64,000 nt of DNA from Bacillota bacterium (GTDB lineage Bacteria > Bacillota > DTU025), in assembly GCA_050951805.1 (NCBI GenBank), contig JBMNJT010000002.1, positions 384,001-448,000 of the forward strand, in the 5' to 3' direction. Under the pieces are notes generated by a model that was not told where the DNA came from, made no database searches, and saw nothing but the letters and a program-made list of their open reading frames with translations. The translations under genes were made by a program, and so were the position numbers. Shown in pieces: positions 11,139 to 22,629 of the stretch; the first letter of the stretch is position 1; every line of letters begins with the position of its first letter.

Positions 11139-11760
11139 TGTTAGTCCCTCCATAGAACTCGACAATATTGATGGTGCACATCGGTTGGGAGGGTACCGTG
11201 GACCGCCCGGTTGTACTAGCATGCGCTGGAAGCGTTTCCTGAAAGGGCCCGATAGTCACCACCATGTTGCTGCTGTTTGGGTCACGGCTGGCCGTTGCGC
11301 TAAAGCAGCGTTGCAAGCCGCCTTCTCAGCATTGAAGCTCCACCAGAATCCGGTCAAGCAGAATAACGGGAAGGCCAATTGGGCAAGAAGGATAATCCTT
11401 ATGGTAGAGGCTTTAGTTACCCAGGATACTGATATGACAGACAGCCAATGAGGCTCGTTTTGCAGCAGGGCATGCGGGATTGTCTCATTTCACTCAAATG
11501 ACCATCAACGATTGCCCCCACGACTCATGAACTCGTTGAGGCAGACCATATCATCGCAGGACGAAGATTATTCATTGAATGTGTACATAGTACCATGAAT
11601 GACTGGGCCTTGTCCTGCTCAAAGGCACGACAGACTATTTGCCATATTCCTGACTTGGGCGTACAAGTCGACCTAGCATCTACTATTGCTGTACATCGTC
11701 GGCACCGTCCGGGATGGATAATAGGAACTGGATCCTAGACAAGAAGGGAGTGCATTTCTA

Positions 11761-12345
11761 GTGAAAGTGAAGCACGCTCGGGTTTGTGTTTTCGTTTGCC
11801 TTCTCGTTATTTTGTTGGGTGCGCCAGGATACGCAGAGACTGAATCCGAAATGGATATTCTTGACGTGACTCAGTACCGAACTCTCGTTGACGAGTTTGG
11901 AATGCCTACAACAGAATCGGTCAAAGAGATTGCGGAGGCTGCACAATCCACATTCGATGCCGGGGATTATGAGGCGGCAATACCGCTACTAGAGGAGTGG
12001 GCACAAAGCGCCAATTGGCTCGCAAACATGATAGTGTCAGGTCTGAAGCCTTTCTATAGGGCTTCATATGATGACCGCAAGGAATTCTCGTACTCCAAAG
12101 TTGCTGCTCTTGTAGTGTATGAGACAACAGCAAATAGTCTCAAAAGGGATCGCAACCATGCCATGGTGATGATCGCCGAGTGCCATGTACAGACGGGACG
12201 GCTTGATGTAGCAGTTAGCATGTATATGAAGGCGCTGAACCTACTGGATGTAAACGACTGGGAATGGTGGACTAGGGCTGCAAATGGCCTTTTTGAGTTG
12301 ATAGGAGTGCCTCCAATGATGGAGAAGCCTTCGTCAAGGCGCTAG
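11761..12345 (+). CDS. Secreted alpha-helical (TPR-like) hypothetical protein
   Basis: Signal peptide; TPR-like AGDYEAAIPLLE and GRLDVAVSMYMKAL segments; RBS AAGGGAG. Confidence 0.6.
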   Translation: MKVKHARVCVFVCLLVILLGAPGYAETESEMDILDVTQYRTLVDEFGMPTTESVKEIAEAAQSTFDAGDYEAAIPLLEEWAQSANWLANMIVSGLKPFYRASYDDRKEFSYSKVAALVVYETTANSLKRDRNHAMVMIAECHVQTGRLDVAVSMYMKALNLLDVNDWEWWTRAANGLFELIGVPPMMEKPSSRR

Positions 12346-12359
12346 TATTGCGAGACGAT

Positions 12360-12403
12360 AAGGCCGCAACGAGCGTTCGTGTTGAGTGTTGGGTTGCGGC
12401 CTT
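12360..12403. terminator. Long hairpin between convergent genes
   Basis: AAGGCCGCAAC ... GTTGCGGCCTT is a perfect 11-bp inverted repeat, with further inner G-U pairing. Confidence 0.5.
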
Positions 12404-12662
12404 CGATATCGAGATAAAGGGCAGTTTGCCATAACTGGCTACTTGAACTGTGCTCAGGCGAATGGTCAATCTCTATGGGCTTGCGGGAGCTATTGTAGGG
12501 GTCTCACGGTCGCGACAGCGTGATTGTGTCAATGCCTTTGCCTCCATGTCGCCTTGGAAGTAACATGCAGCAGGTTAGGGGGCAGGTGCAAGGCTCATTG
12601 GGACCAGCATATACGGAAACTACAAGCGTGGAGCTGAGATCACATGTTTCAGGCAAAGTACT

Positions 12663-13598
12663 TCAGGACCCTAAATGCTTGTCCATAGCAATTTTCAATA
12701 CGCACATCTTTGGAGATGCGAAGCTCAAACTAGTCCGATCAAATGTGAAATTATGAGCATGCAGCATGGCGTGGTGCGTTGGACACACCAGGACCAAGTT
12801 TGAGATTCGATTATCCATGGAGGTTGTGACCGGGTCGATGTGATGAGTTGTATTCACCATGCTGCCCGCCGAGTATTGTGCCTGTCTGCCGCAAAGCTGG
12901 CACGTGTGCCCGTACATCTGTCCAAGGAGGCGCTGAGCCAAACCCAGATACCGTCGGCAGTATCGCAGAGCCCTGGCGATTTCTCCGCTGTCTTCAGGAG
13001 TAATGCGCTCTATCGCAGTCACCCAATACGCGAATCGGTTCTCTGAGTCCTCTGCAAGTATTGCCTCAATATGGGGTTCGCCCAAATTGGTAAGAGTCTG
13101 CTTGACTATATCGGAGGCTCGGAATCTGCACGGCACAAGATCCACATGGTAATAAAAAGGGATACCAGTCGCCCTCCACTCTACAAACTCTGCGAAGTGC
13201 GGTGGCACCTCTGCATACAGCTTTGCGTTTGGGCCAAGTTCTCGTCGTAGCCTTTCGCGCTCCAGCTGCAAATACTTCCGGCTAGTCCAGAATGTCGCCT
13301 CGAGGACCTGCCGTAGCTCTTGGTTCGTGTCATATCTGATCTGCAGGATGTGTGGCGGGCCTTGCGGACGTCGAATACAAGTTAGCATTGCGTCGAAAGG
13401 ATGACCATCGACGAGCAGCACAACATGGCGTTTATCTTTCGGCTGCAGTTCTACCCCATCATTTTCATCCACCAACCGCTCATGGATGTCTACTGGGATA
13501 GTCCATCCACTTCTGAGTAAAGACCAGTCAACCCGCTTCCTCATGATCAAGTTCAAAGTAGCAATCTGGGGCCAGCTCCAGTCAGTATCGCATGTCAC
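12663..13598 (-). CDS. HNH endonuclease with an uncharacterised N-terminal domain (McrA/type IV-like)
   Basis: CQLC...HHIDP...SNLVLVCPTHHAMLH; RBS GGAGG before GTG. Confidence 0.8.
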   Translation of the reverse strand: MTCDTDWSWPQIATLNLIMRKRVDWSLLRSGWTIPVDIHERLVDENDGVELQPKDKRHVVLLVDGHPFDAMLTCIRRPQGPPHILQIRYDTNQELRQVLEATFWTSRKYLQLERERLRRELGPNAKLYAEVPPHFAEFVEWRATGIPFYYHVDLVPCRFRASDIVKQTLTNLGEPHIEAILAEDSENRFAYWVTAIERITPEDSGEIARALRYCRRYLGLAQRLLGQMYGHTCQLCGRQAQYSAGSMVNTTHHIDPVTTSMDNRISNLVLVCPTHHAMLHAHNFTFDRTSLSFASPKMCVLKIAMDKHLGS

Positions 13599-14153
13599 CT
13601 GTCGAACGCCTCCAATCAGTATGAAGATTCGCTAAAATCGGACAGTATACCTTTAGAGTTGTGGGGGAATTGGAGCAGGCCACTAGCTAGTCATTGCAAA
13701 GGCGAAGTGTCTGCCAAGCTTAGAGGAACGGAAAGCGTAGTCCGTCTGTGACCGCTTGAAAAAGACCGAGCAGGGGAACCGAGGCTACAACATCGAAGTC
13801 CTAATGTGCGTGGAGCAAGGTGTGGAACTGAGCATGTGCAGTCAATCTCAGGGCTGGGCTGGTGAAATGATGCAGGCCAAGATGCGAATTGATTGCTTTT
13901 TAGAATACGAATGTATCAAGCCCGAAATGACGGAAGGAAAGCGCACTTCGTTCCAGGGATTCATAAACATACATGCCAACAGTAACCACTCTATGACAAA
14001 GTCAAATACTGCTGGCTGCCTACCCTGAAAGAAGCCGCGATAACCCCATAAGAGGTCTCTTTCGTCGGTATGGATAACACTCAATGTGTCGACTGTGGCA
14101 GCACATCGATGCCATTTGCGAGGCTCCATATTATATGCCAGGGAGGGTGTCTC

Positions 14154-14780
14154 ATGGGCGCTATTACGGTTAAAGGTAGGGGCTACGTGTCGGCCCAGCC
14201 CGATGTCGTGACGTTGTCTTTTGATGTCGGAACCAAGGCGCGAGATTACGCGGAGTGCGTAGATAGGCTCACCGGGCGTACGGCGGCCCTACGCCGGGAC
14301 TTAGCAGCTGCTGGCGCTGACTGTGCAGAACTGAAGACTACTAACTTCAGTGTGAACGTTGCATATCGCTATGATAAGAGCCGTTACTACTTCGATGGGT
14401 ACTCGGCTTCGCATCGTCTGGAAATTGAACTACCCGCGGACAAGGACATGCTCAACCGTGTGTTGGGCGCAGTTGCCAAGGGCCACAGCGGCGCAGAGAT
14501 ACGGATCCGCTTCTCAGTCAAAGACACAGAGAATCTGAGGCAACAGGCTCTCGCGGAGGCTGTCAGGGTTGCCAAGCTCAGCGCCGACTCGTTAGCTCAA
14601 GCGGCAGGTGTAAAACTGGGTAAAATCCGGAGCATAGCACATGGTTGGGATGAGATTCGTCTGTCCGGCCCTTCCTACGGTGTTGTATGCGATAGCGTTT
14701 CAGATGCTAAGGTGGACATAGACCCGAAAGATGTATCCATCAGCGAAGACGTGACGGTCGTCTATGAGATCGAAGAGTAA
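14154..14780 (+). CDS. SIMPL (DUF541) domain protein without a signal peptide
   Basis: ITVKGRGYVSAQPD, ALAEAVRVAK, LAQAAGVKLGKI and VTVVYEI motifs; RBS GGGAGGG before ATG 14154. Confidence 0.85.
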   Translation: MGAITVKGRGYVSAQPDVVTLSFDVGTKARDYAECVDRLTGRTAALRRDLAAAGADCAELKTTNFSVNVAYRYDKSRYYFDGYSASHRLEIELPADKDMLNRVLGAVAKGHSGAEIRIRFSVKDTENLRQQALAEAVRVAKLSADSLAQAAGVKLGKIRSIAHGWDEIRLSGPSYGVVCDSVSDAKVDIDPKDVSISEDVTVVYEIEE

Positions 14781-14864
14781 ATCACAATGCCCGTTCATGT
14801 GGGGGACGGTCGAGCAGCATGAACGGGATAAGGCAATCGGGCCGACTGGAACCTTGGAGGTGGT

Positions 14865-16812
14865 GTGATCATGCCTGTTTCCGATGTGGGCGTGGACAAG
14901 ATTGTAGAGGCACTGGAGTATTTCGATGACACGATGCGTGACACCGATGCCTGGCAGGGATGGGAGTCGCGCCGAAGCCACTTGTACGCGATACGATGGC
15001 GCGACAAGTTGTATCCTGCCTGGGAGGCGGTTCGCACTGCTACCGGGTCTTCCGGGTTTCGCGGGGGATTCCAAGCCAATCAGTATCTTCGGGCTCGTGG
15101 CTTCGAGGTCATTCCTTTGCGCCATGACGAAATCCGTTTTTCGCAAGACATCCTCGCAAGATTGGACAGGATGCTTCAGAAGTTCGCCGAGTACAGGTCC
15201 GACGAAGCCTGCTACCTTGCAGAGGAACGCACCTACAAGGAGGAGCTCTTCGATCATCTCGGCACCATCTGGGATCTGCTGTACACCGACCCGGAAGCCA
15301 GCCAAAAGGCGCTTATCAAGTTCATCTCGGGTGAGGATGCCCCAGCCGGGCTTTTAGCAGCCTTCAACAACCTCCAGGGTGGTTACGGGTTGCCTGTCCG
15401 CGACGACTTCCTGGTATACCTGAGAAACACAAGCGCTGATGAATACTGAACCATGATGTTGCAGCTATTTGAGGGTGAGGCCACCCCGGCGGTCCGCCTC
15501 AGCCAGTTCCGACAGGCGACCAAAGCCGCCTATGACCGCTTATATGATGAAGGCAAGTTCTACGAAGGCAAAAAGTCTCGGCCATCGATGCCGCTGAATT
15601 TCGCGGCCATCCTGCTCGCATCGTATGATCCCGAATCGTACATTCTGTATCGCAGTACTGATTATGAGGCAACTGCAAAGTGGCTTGGGCTGACGGTCCC
15701 TTCACAGCCGGAGCAGCGGTACACTCTCTTCTTCGATATGGCCACGTATATCCTCTCATACGCCCAGGAGAAGCAATACCCGGTTTCATCCGCGACCGAG
15801 GGTTTGTATTCCCCTCGTGGCTCGTAACCGACTATCTGATTTCACTTGCCAGCAAGCCATTTGTTATCATCTCGGGGATATCGGGCACAGGCAAGACCAA
15901 AATGACGCAACTGGTAGCCGATTACATGTCCAAGGTTTCTGGAGTGGACGAGAGCACCGCGTTTGTTCCAGTAAGGCCCGACTGGACCGACAACTCACAC
16001 CTTCTTGGCTGGTACAACGCCATTGCCGAGCGATATGAGACTACTCCCGTCCTTGACCTGATTATCAAAGCATCCGACGCTCCGGCAGCGCCCCATTTCA
16101 TCATCCTCGACGAGATGAACATAGCCAAGGTGGAGCACTACTTCTCCGACTTTTTAGGCTGCATGGAGAGCAGATGGATAGATGTAGACGATCGGGTGAG
16201 ACAGGAACCTATCCACCTTCACAGCCACGTGGCCGACTACGAGGCTGGCGAAGGCTCAGTTAGCATTCCCCCGTGGCTCGACTTGCCGCTTAACGTGTAT
16301 GTCGTTGGCACGGTGAACGTCGATGAGTCTACGTACATGTTCTCGCCCAAAGTCCTGGACAGGGCAAACGTAATTGAGTTCAACGATGTTTGCCTTGACC
16401 CGGATTCACAGATGCGTGAAAGTACGCTGGCGGATCCGAAAACACCGGGCTCATCGGGATTCGTGCTTAGGTCGGATGTAAACCCCGTCGAGCTGCTTTC
16501 AGGTTACACGCCTGCTCCACCGAAGCTGTGGATCCGAATGAAAGACGAGATGCCTGAGCATTTTGAACTGCTGCTTGAGGTCCATGAGGCGCTTCGCCCA
16601 TACTACCTCCACTTCGGTTATCGTGTGGCCAATGAGATCGCAGCGTTCATGCTCAATACGCGTAAATACTGCGCAGACGGCGATGACGCATTGTCTTCCA
16701 CCTTTGACCTACAGGTCTTGCAGAAGATACTTCCCAAGATGCATGGCGCGGTAAACTCAGTCGCATGGAGGCGCGCCTGGAGCAGGTGGGGTTCGCGTCC
16801 TTCATTGAGTAG
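14865..16812 (+). pseudogene. mcrB: mcrB-like AAA+ GTPase, disrupted by an in-frame TGA and two frame-shifting junctions
   Basis: GISGTGKT, VRPDWTD, LDEMN, TVNVDES, SPKVLDRA, QKILPK. In-frame TGA at 15447-49, frame change near 15785, second frame change near 16748. The canonical tail KLSRMEARLEQVGFASFIE* ends at 16812 in another frame. Confidence 0.85.
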
Positions 16813-16864
16813 GCAGGCCTGGCGGGCAGAGATGTTAAGGTGGAGAGCAGGGAGGTGAGCAGAC

Positions 16865-18496
16865 ATGACGGCTGATGTAGTCTCTCAGCTCGTGCAGTAG
16901 GGGGCCTGGTGCGAGGATGGAGTCTTGCGGGTTCCGTCCGATTCGGTATACTACCTTCGCTTCGAAGATGGCCATGGCCCGACTTGGTTTGAGCAATCAC
17001 TGCTCGTTACCAGGCTTGGGGGCACGCCGGGCCTGTTCCAGTTGAACTTGGTGAACTGCGTGGGCCGTCTCCGCCTAGGCCCGGTCGAGCTGGACGTCGA
17101 ATGCGCGAAGCTCACATCCTCCCAGTTCCGCGCCATGATAGATGATGTATCTGGTTATCTCGCGCAGCTGCCATTTTCGCACAAGGGTGCGGGGTCGTCA
17201 TACGAGCGCGCGGCCGAGCCCGGAAGACCTATCGATTACCATGTGCTCGTCTACATAAGCAGCTTACTTCGCGCAAACCTTCTGCAGTCGGCGGTGGCAT
17301 GCATCGCTGCCGATCCCCATGTGTCGTTCGTCAAGGAACGACAGCGCGTCAGAGTCGAGCAGGCACGCCGAGCCGACTCAGTCACGGTGCGGGACATATG
17401 TGCCAATCCCCGGCGTTTCGAGCCCATACGGCCAGGGTCGACCTTGGCAGCGAGCGCACTCTGTGCCCGTCTCGAAGGGAAACCTCTTGCGCGGCATTTC
17501 CCCGGGACAGTCGTATCAAGCGCCATGATTCCAATAGTCGACAACCCCGAGAACCAGTTCGTGCGGCATGTCCTAGAGTCGATGCAGCTGGTTGCGTCAT
17601 CGTTGGCTTCGTTTGAAGGCTGCACGAGCGATATTCGCGCTGAAGCGCGCCGGGTACACCATGAGCTGGAGCGCCTCCTGGCATACGATCTGTTCCATGA
17701 GGTCTCGCCGCCGCATGCCTTAAATCTATCATCACAGGTACTACAGCGTCGGGCAGGTTATCGGGAGATGCTCACGTACCATTCACAGATGTCTCTGCCG
17801 CCCACACCCGCCTGGCCTTATGATATCAAGGAAATCCTGGAACTGAAAGACGCTGCCACGCTCTACGAGTATTGGGTGTTCATACAGGTTTGCAACGTTG
17901 TTCAGGATCTTGTACGGACCCGTCCCAACCAGGCATCCGCGGCTGACGTGGCTTTCGATGCGAACGCGATCGCAGCCATGGACGCACGCGTGGGTGTAGG
18001 CGAAAGTCTGGGCGCACAGATGAATTGCGATCGGCTCGGGGCGAGACTCGCCAGAGGAATTCGCGTCCAGTTTCCCGGAGAGATCGAGGTCAGCTACAAC
18101 CGGGGGTTTAGGGGATACTCGGGCTGGTTCCGCCCGGATGTAACCCTTATCACGCCTGTGGGCATGTGGGTGTTTGACGCCAAATTCCGTTTTGACAGGC
18201 AGTCGGAATCCGACCTCAGCGCGAAGGCAGACGACATCCACAAGATGCATACTTATCGTGACGCATTGCCCAAGTGCAGGGGGGCCTATGCAGTCTACCC
18301 GGGTGACGCAGCCATAATGTATTCTTCTCCTGCCTCGGCTTGTCCCACAGATGTCAATCCGTCAGTAGCTGGGCGCGGTGGCATCGGCAGTGTCGCCAAT
18401 CGCGTCACCGATGGCGTGGGCGCCATCCCTTTGAGGCCGTGTTCCGATGTGAGCAGCCTATCCAGTGTGATTCGGAGCCTGCTGAGCCTGGGGTGA
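16865..18496 (+). pseudogene. mcrC-like DUF2357 + PD-(D/E)xK nuclease with an early in-frame TAG
   Basis: DNPENQFV, LQRRAGYR, LYEYW, RPD...FDAKFR, DIHKMHTYRDA. RBS GGGAGGTG and ATG 16865, then TAG at 16898-900 in the same frame as the 16925 ORF. Confidence 0.75.
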
Positions 18497-18604
18497 GTAT
18501 GCCAGACACAGGAATCGCGGAACGCTAGTGGTCATGCTATACTGCTCGTTTGAATGCTTGTGTTATGCAAGTCAACGATCCACCAATGATTTGGGGTGTT
18601 GTGT

Positions 18605-18955
18605 ATGGACTTGTCTGCTGCTAGAGAAGAGTTGGAGAGGAAGATTGCAGCCAGCAGCGACCCATATGAGGAGCAGAGCGTTGTCCTTGGATACGTGGAT
18701 GGGGCAGAGGTCTGTTTGATGGGATGGGCCGAGAGGCCTTTGCGCCGGGATGTTAAGGACGTGCCTCCTCAAGCCAATTCCGCAGATTCCATGCAGATCG
18801 TTTTCGAGGGCGGCATGGAGATATACTATCCGGACGAACAGACTACGGTTATTATGCGGCCCGGGGATTGTCATGTTGTCCCCGCCGGCAAGCGCCATTC
18901 CTGCGTGTCGGCGATGAAGTCTGTCGTGCTGGTTGTAGTCGGTTACAGGGCTTGA
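18605..18955 (+). CDS. Cupin domain protein
   Basis: VFEGGMEI...MRPGDCHVVPAGKRH cupin motif. Confidence 0.75.
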   Translation: MDLSAAREELERKIAASSDPYEEQSVVLGYVDGAEVCLMGWAERPLRRDVKDVPPQANSADSMQIVFEGGMEIYYPDEQTTVIMRPGDCHVVPAGKRHSCVSAMKSVVLVVVGYRA

Positions 18956-19346
18956 GAGACATGATAGGAGGCGCGGGTCTTGGAACTAGGTATCGGTTGG
19001 GGGCAGTCTGCATTAATGCCGTGCCGGCAACACTCACTTCGCAGGCGCTTATCATTTGTAATGCACAGCCAGCCATTGTGGCGTGCAAGAACGAAGCACG
19101 TGCAAGGCCGCCCACAAATGAACCGGCTTCTTTATACTGATCAAGTGTGAGGTCGACTATGGTGATCCCCAACGGCTCGCATTGGGATTCATGGAGGCCG
19201 TTAACCTCTTCGAATACAGGTTTTATTACATGCAGCTTCCCAAGGTGTTTTGAAATCAGAGGCACGATGGACCTGTCGCTGTCGAGAAAGTCAATCAAAG
19301 CTGTAGCATCGATCACAATTGACTGAGAGCTATGTTCCATGCTCAT
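18944..19346 (-). pseudogene. PIN-domain (DUF3368-like) toxin gene, frameshifted and truncated
   Basis: IVIDATALID start, with ATGA overlap on the upstream gene. The PIN continuation TCFVLARHNGWLCITNDKRLRSEC lies in a different frame after ~19103. The lower boundary is approximate. Confidence 0.7.
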
Positions 19347-20506
19347 GGACAGTCTGCCCATGACAAAGTCATGTTCCGCATCGACTGAATATCTATGCCC
19401 ATCATGTCTGCAGCGCGACTCAAAGAGATCACCTCATCTTCCAGTGCCTGCCTTACCAGTCGAGCAAGTTTATCTGGAATGAAGTCGGTTTCGCTGAGCC
19501 TTTCGGGTTCATGAGCCCGATAAGACTCAGAGTAGGAAGCCATGAACTTGTCAGTTGATGCAGGCTGGGGTTCATCTGCTCTTTTCAGGGTTTTCCCATA
19601 GCGCTTCTTGTAATCAACCTGGAACTTGCGCCACACATTATCGGCTGGATTCATGGTTTCTGCAAGTCTACAGAGCACGGTCTGGTAGCTGACTCTGAAC
19701 ATCCTCTTTACTTTGAGGACGCGGTCTAAGAATGGCAACCCTCGGGCATCTTGCCACTCCTTTTGAAATACTGCCTCAGGCATGAGAAAGTAGCTTGCGA
19801 AGATGTTTGCTTCTCGTTCTTCAGCATCATTCTCGTCGAGTTTGTCTACGTCGTACGAATCCATGTGGAGCAAGAGATGGCCGAGTTCATGCGCAGCGGT
19901 GAATATCCAACGCTCCACTGAGATCCTATCCCATACGTTCACAACTACAAGAGGCCCCCCGCAATCCGGCCCAACTGATAGGCCAAAGAAGGCTTCCGAC
20001 ATTACCTCTTTCGGATATACCTTCACCCCTGCGGACTCCAGCAGTCCGCATATGTCCCGGATTGGTTCTTCCTCATCCAACCCGAGCAGGTTTCGGGACT
20101 TACGGGCACACAATATAGCCCGCTTCTCTCCGCTTTCAAGCGCGCTCATTTCGGTTGATAGGTCGCTCAATGCCCACCGGGTTTGTTCGTCAAGGGCTTG
20201 CTCCAGCCAGTTGTAGTCCTGCATCCATTTCACTACATCGAACAGCACCATATCTCTGGTGTTCATTCGCTTGGAGGATCGAAATCTAATCTGAGCAGGC
20301 TTCTTTATCGGGACGAAAAGGTCATCAATCTCCGCGTCGAGTGCCTTTGCTATGCTTCTCAGAGTTGATATCTTTGGATCGGATCTACCGGTTTCAATGT
20401 TTCTATAGGCATCTCGCGAAATCCCTGCAGCGTCTGCCAACTCCTGTTGGGTGAGACCCTTGGCGTAGCGAAGCATCTTCAGATTTGAAATGCTCTGGTA
20501 GTCCAT
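19343..20506 (-). CDS. XRE-HTH + ImmA/IrrE (M78) metallopeptidase
   Basis: LTQQELADAAGISR...IETG HTH; FTAAHELGH and EREANIFAS; RBS GGAGGTG before ATG 20506. Confidence 0.9.
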   Translation of the reverse strand: MDYQSISNLKMLRYAKGLTQQELADAAGISRDAYRNIETGRSDPKISTLRSIAKALDAEIDDLFVPIKKPAQIRFRSSKRMNTRDMVLFDVVKWMQDYNWLEQALDEQTRWALSDLSTEMSALESGEKRAILCARKSRNLLGLDEEEPIRDICGLLESAGVKVYPKEVMSEAFFGLSVGPDCGGPLVVVNVWDRISVERWIFTAAHELGHLLLHMDSYDVDKLDENDAEEREANIFASYFLMPEAVFQKEWQDARGLPFLDRVLKVKRMFRVSYQTVLCRLAETMNPADNVWRKFQVDYKKRYGKTLKRADEPQPASTDKFMASYSESYRAHEPERLSETDFIPDKLARLVRQALEDEVISLSRAADMMGIDIQSMRNMTLSWADCP

Positions 20507-21071
20507 TACCGTCAGCACCTCCACACACATTATACCCCAATATACACAATTGGAAAACATACGCATTGTACTTATTATAGTTTAGTACTATGAAAAGATA
20601 AGTATAGCATCTAGAATCAAGATGAATACGCCCTATTGCCTGCGATAGACAGTTCGCACCATGTACTCGGTCTTTAGCACTCTCCTTGTCAGAGTCAAAC
20701 TGATAGCAGAGTGACTGGACTAGGAACTCGACATGGTCACACGCAAGGATAAACCCGGACTCGAACCTTTAGTGACGGAGGCTTAAGTTAAGAACGAAGA
20801 TGGAAACGTGGAAAATCGATATCCAAGCCTTAGTTACCCTTCAGGGCCTGTGATCGGAAAACGCCACAGTCGACGAGAGCAGTATGGACAAGACGGGCAA
20901 GTTTCAGTATGTTGTTATGGGGCCAGTGCTGCCTACATAGAATCGCATTCAGACCGGCCAATGGTTGTAGATGCAGCAGACAAGGGATGCTCGGCGGACT
21001 GTGGGTTCTGGCTGAGGAAGCCTAACTCCGGTCAGTGACCGGCAAGAATGTCTGTAGGGTGGTGATAGAGA

Positions 21072-21563
21072 GTGGTGGTGCGCAGTGCATTTGATGGAGA
21101 TGACGAGCAGCTAGTAGCCTTGATAGCGGCGTTTCGCGTCGAGTTGGCTGCGTTCAAGCAACAAGAATCGAATCCTAACCAAGACGCGGCTTCGACGGAA
21201 TTGGCAGACTATCGATCCAATCGTTTCCGCCTGGCAGTAGCAGAGTCAGATGAGGGCCATGTTATCGGCTTCATAGCTTGCCGTATCGAAGATGATGTCG
21301 TTTGGGCAGAGTCGTTGTATGTCTTGCCGGAATACAGACGGGTTGGAGTAGCCTCAAGGCTCTACGGATATGCAGAGGGCATTGCGGATGAGCTTGGCTC
21401 CGACACGGTGTACAACTGGGTTCACCCGAACAACGCCGCCATTATTGCCTTTCTCAGAAAGCGTGGCTATGATGTATTGAACCTTATAGAGGTCAGGCGG
21501 AAATATGCCGGTGAATGTATCAGTGGTGATGTTATGGTCGGTTCGGAGCGGTTCCGTTACTGA
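21072..21563 (+). CDS. GNAT-family acetyltransferase
   Basis: LYVLPEYRRVGVAS and NAAIIAFLRKRGY motifs. Confidence 0.85.
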   Translation: MVVRSAFDGDDEQLVALIAAFRVELAAFKQQESNPNQDAASTELADYRSNRFRLAVAESDEGHVIGFIACRIEDDVVWAESLYVLPEYRRVGVASRLYGYAEGIADELGSDTVYNWVHPNNAAIIAFLRKRGYDVLNLIEVRRKYAGECISGDVMVGSERFRY

Positions 21564-21912
21564 CCGGACGCGGCGTCTGTGGCCGCGAACCGCCAGGAAT
21601 CGAATAGGGATGCCGGGAGCTTTTCAGTTTGCATACTGATATTGCCGGACAAAGGTAATTGGCTGAAGAGAGAGGCTGCGATGGTTCGGTGGAGGTTATC
21701 AAGTGCCTTGAGATTGTGCAGGTCTACGGAGCCCGGTAGGTTCCCTGTCATGTCAATGGCCCTGGATTGCCGAGCGGCAGCCATCGAGTGTCAACCCCGT
21801 AATTCCATGGGCCTGGATGATCTGTTCCGGAACCCAGCTTTAAGGGCCATCGTACCTTTCGCCCAGCAGAACAGTTTGCAGAGGGAACACGATTTCAGGC
21901 GTATGCGACATG

Positions 21913-22629
21913 TCAGATATGAAACCCTCCGTTGACATTGAGTATTTCTCCGGTAATGAACTGATTTTCTGCAAGGAAGAGGGCTGCCTGTGCAATATGA
22001 TCGGGAAGGCCGATCGTTCCTAATGGCGTTTGCTCTTTTATCAACTGTCTGTCATAGTCGGATAGCTCTTTGTTCATGTCTGTTTCTATTACTCCTGGAG
22101 CGATGCAATTCACGCGTATTCCGGATGGGGCCATCTCCTTGGCCAGGGCCTTAGTGAAGCCGATCACTCCGGCTTTTGCTGCGGAATAGTGTACCTCGCA
22201 AGAACCGCCCGTAACACCCCACACTGAAGAGATGTTTACAATAGCTCCATGTTTGCGCTTTATCATGTGTGGAATGACGCAGTGAGTGCACAGATAGACG
22301 GATTTCAGGTTCACAGACATCATGTTGTCCCAATCAGTCTCGGACATGTCGACGAATTGCTTGAACTGCGCTATCCCTGCATTATTGATGAGAATATCAA
22401 CTCCATTCGTCTGCGAGACCATATGCTCCACATCGTTGCTATTCGAAACATCTGCATAAAGAGGGATCAAGGTACATCCGCGCTCGGAGAGCTTCTCGGA
22501 AAGAAGCTCCAGGCTTTTGGGGCTGCTGCGATAGTTGGCATAGACCGTGTATCCATTGACCGCGAACAACTCCGCAGTGGCATACCCAATTCCCCGTGAC
22601 GCTCCGGTAATCAGAACAGTTTCTCTCAT
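21913..22629 (-). CDS. FabG-family SDR, YmfI-like (EF-P 5-aminopentanone reductase type)
   Basis: TGASRGIG, NNAG, YSAAK. NISSVWG...SCEVHYS resembles YmfI-type sequences. Confidence 0.75.
   Translation of the reverse strand: MRETVLITGASRGIGYATAELFAVNGYTVYANYRSSPKSLELLSEKLSERGCTLIPLYADVSNSNDVEHMVSQTNGVDILINNAGIAQFKQFVDMSETDWDNMMSVNLKSVYLCTHCVIPHMIKRKHGAIVNISSVWGVTGGSCEVHYSAAKAGVIGFTKALAKEMAPSGIRVNCIAPGVIETDMNKELSDYDRQLIKEQTPLGTIGLPDHIAQAALFLAENQFITGEILNVNGGFHI

Noticed and set aside
13756-14129. Short overlapping ORFs between the HNH and SIMPL genes
   Set aside because: No RBS or recognisable motif, so a call cannot be supported.
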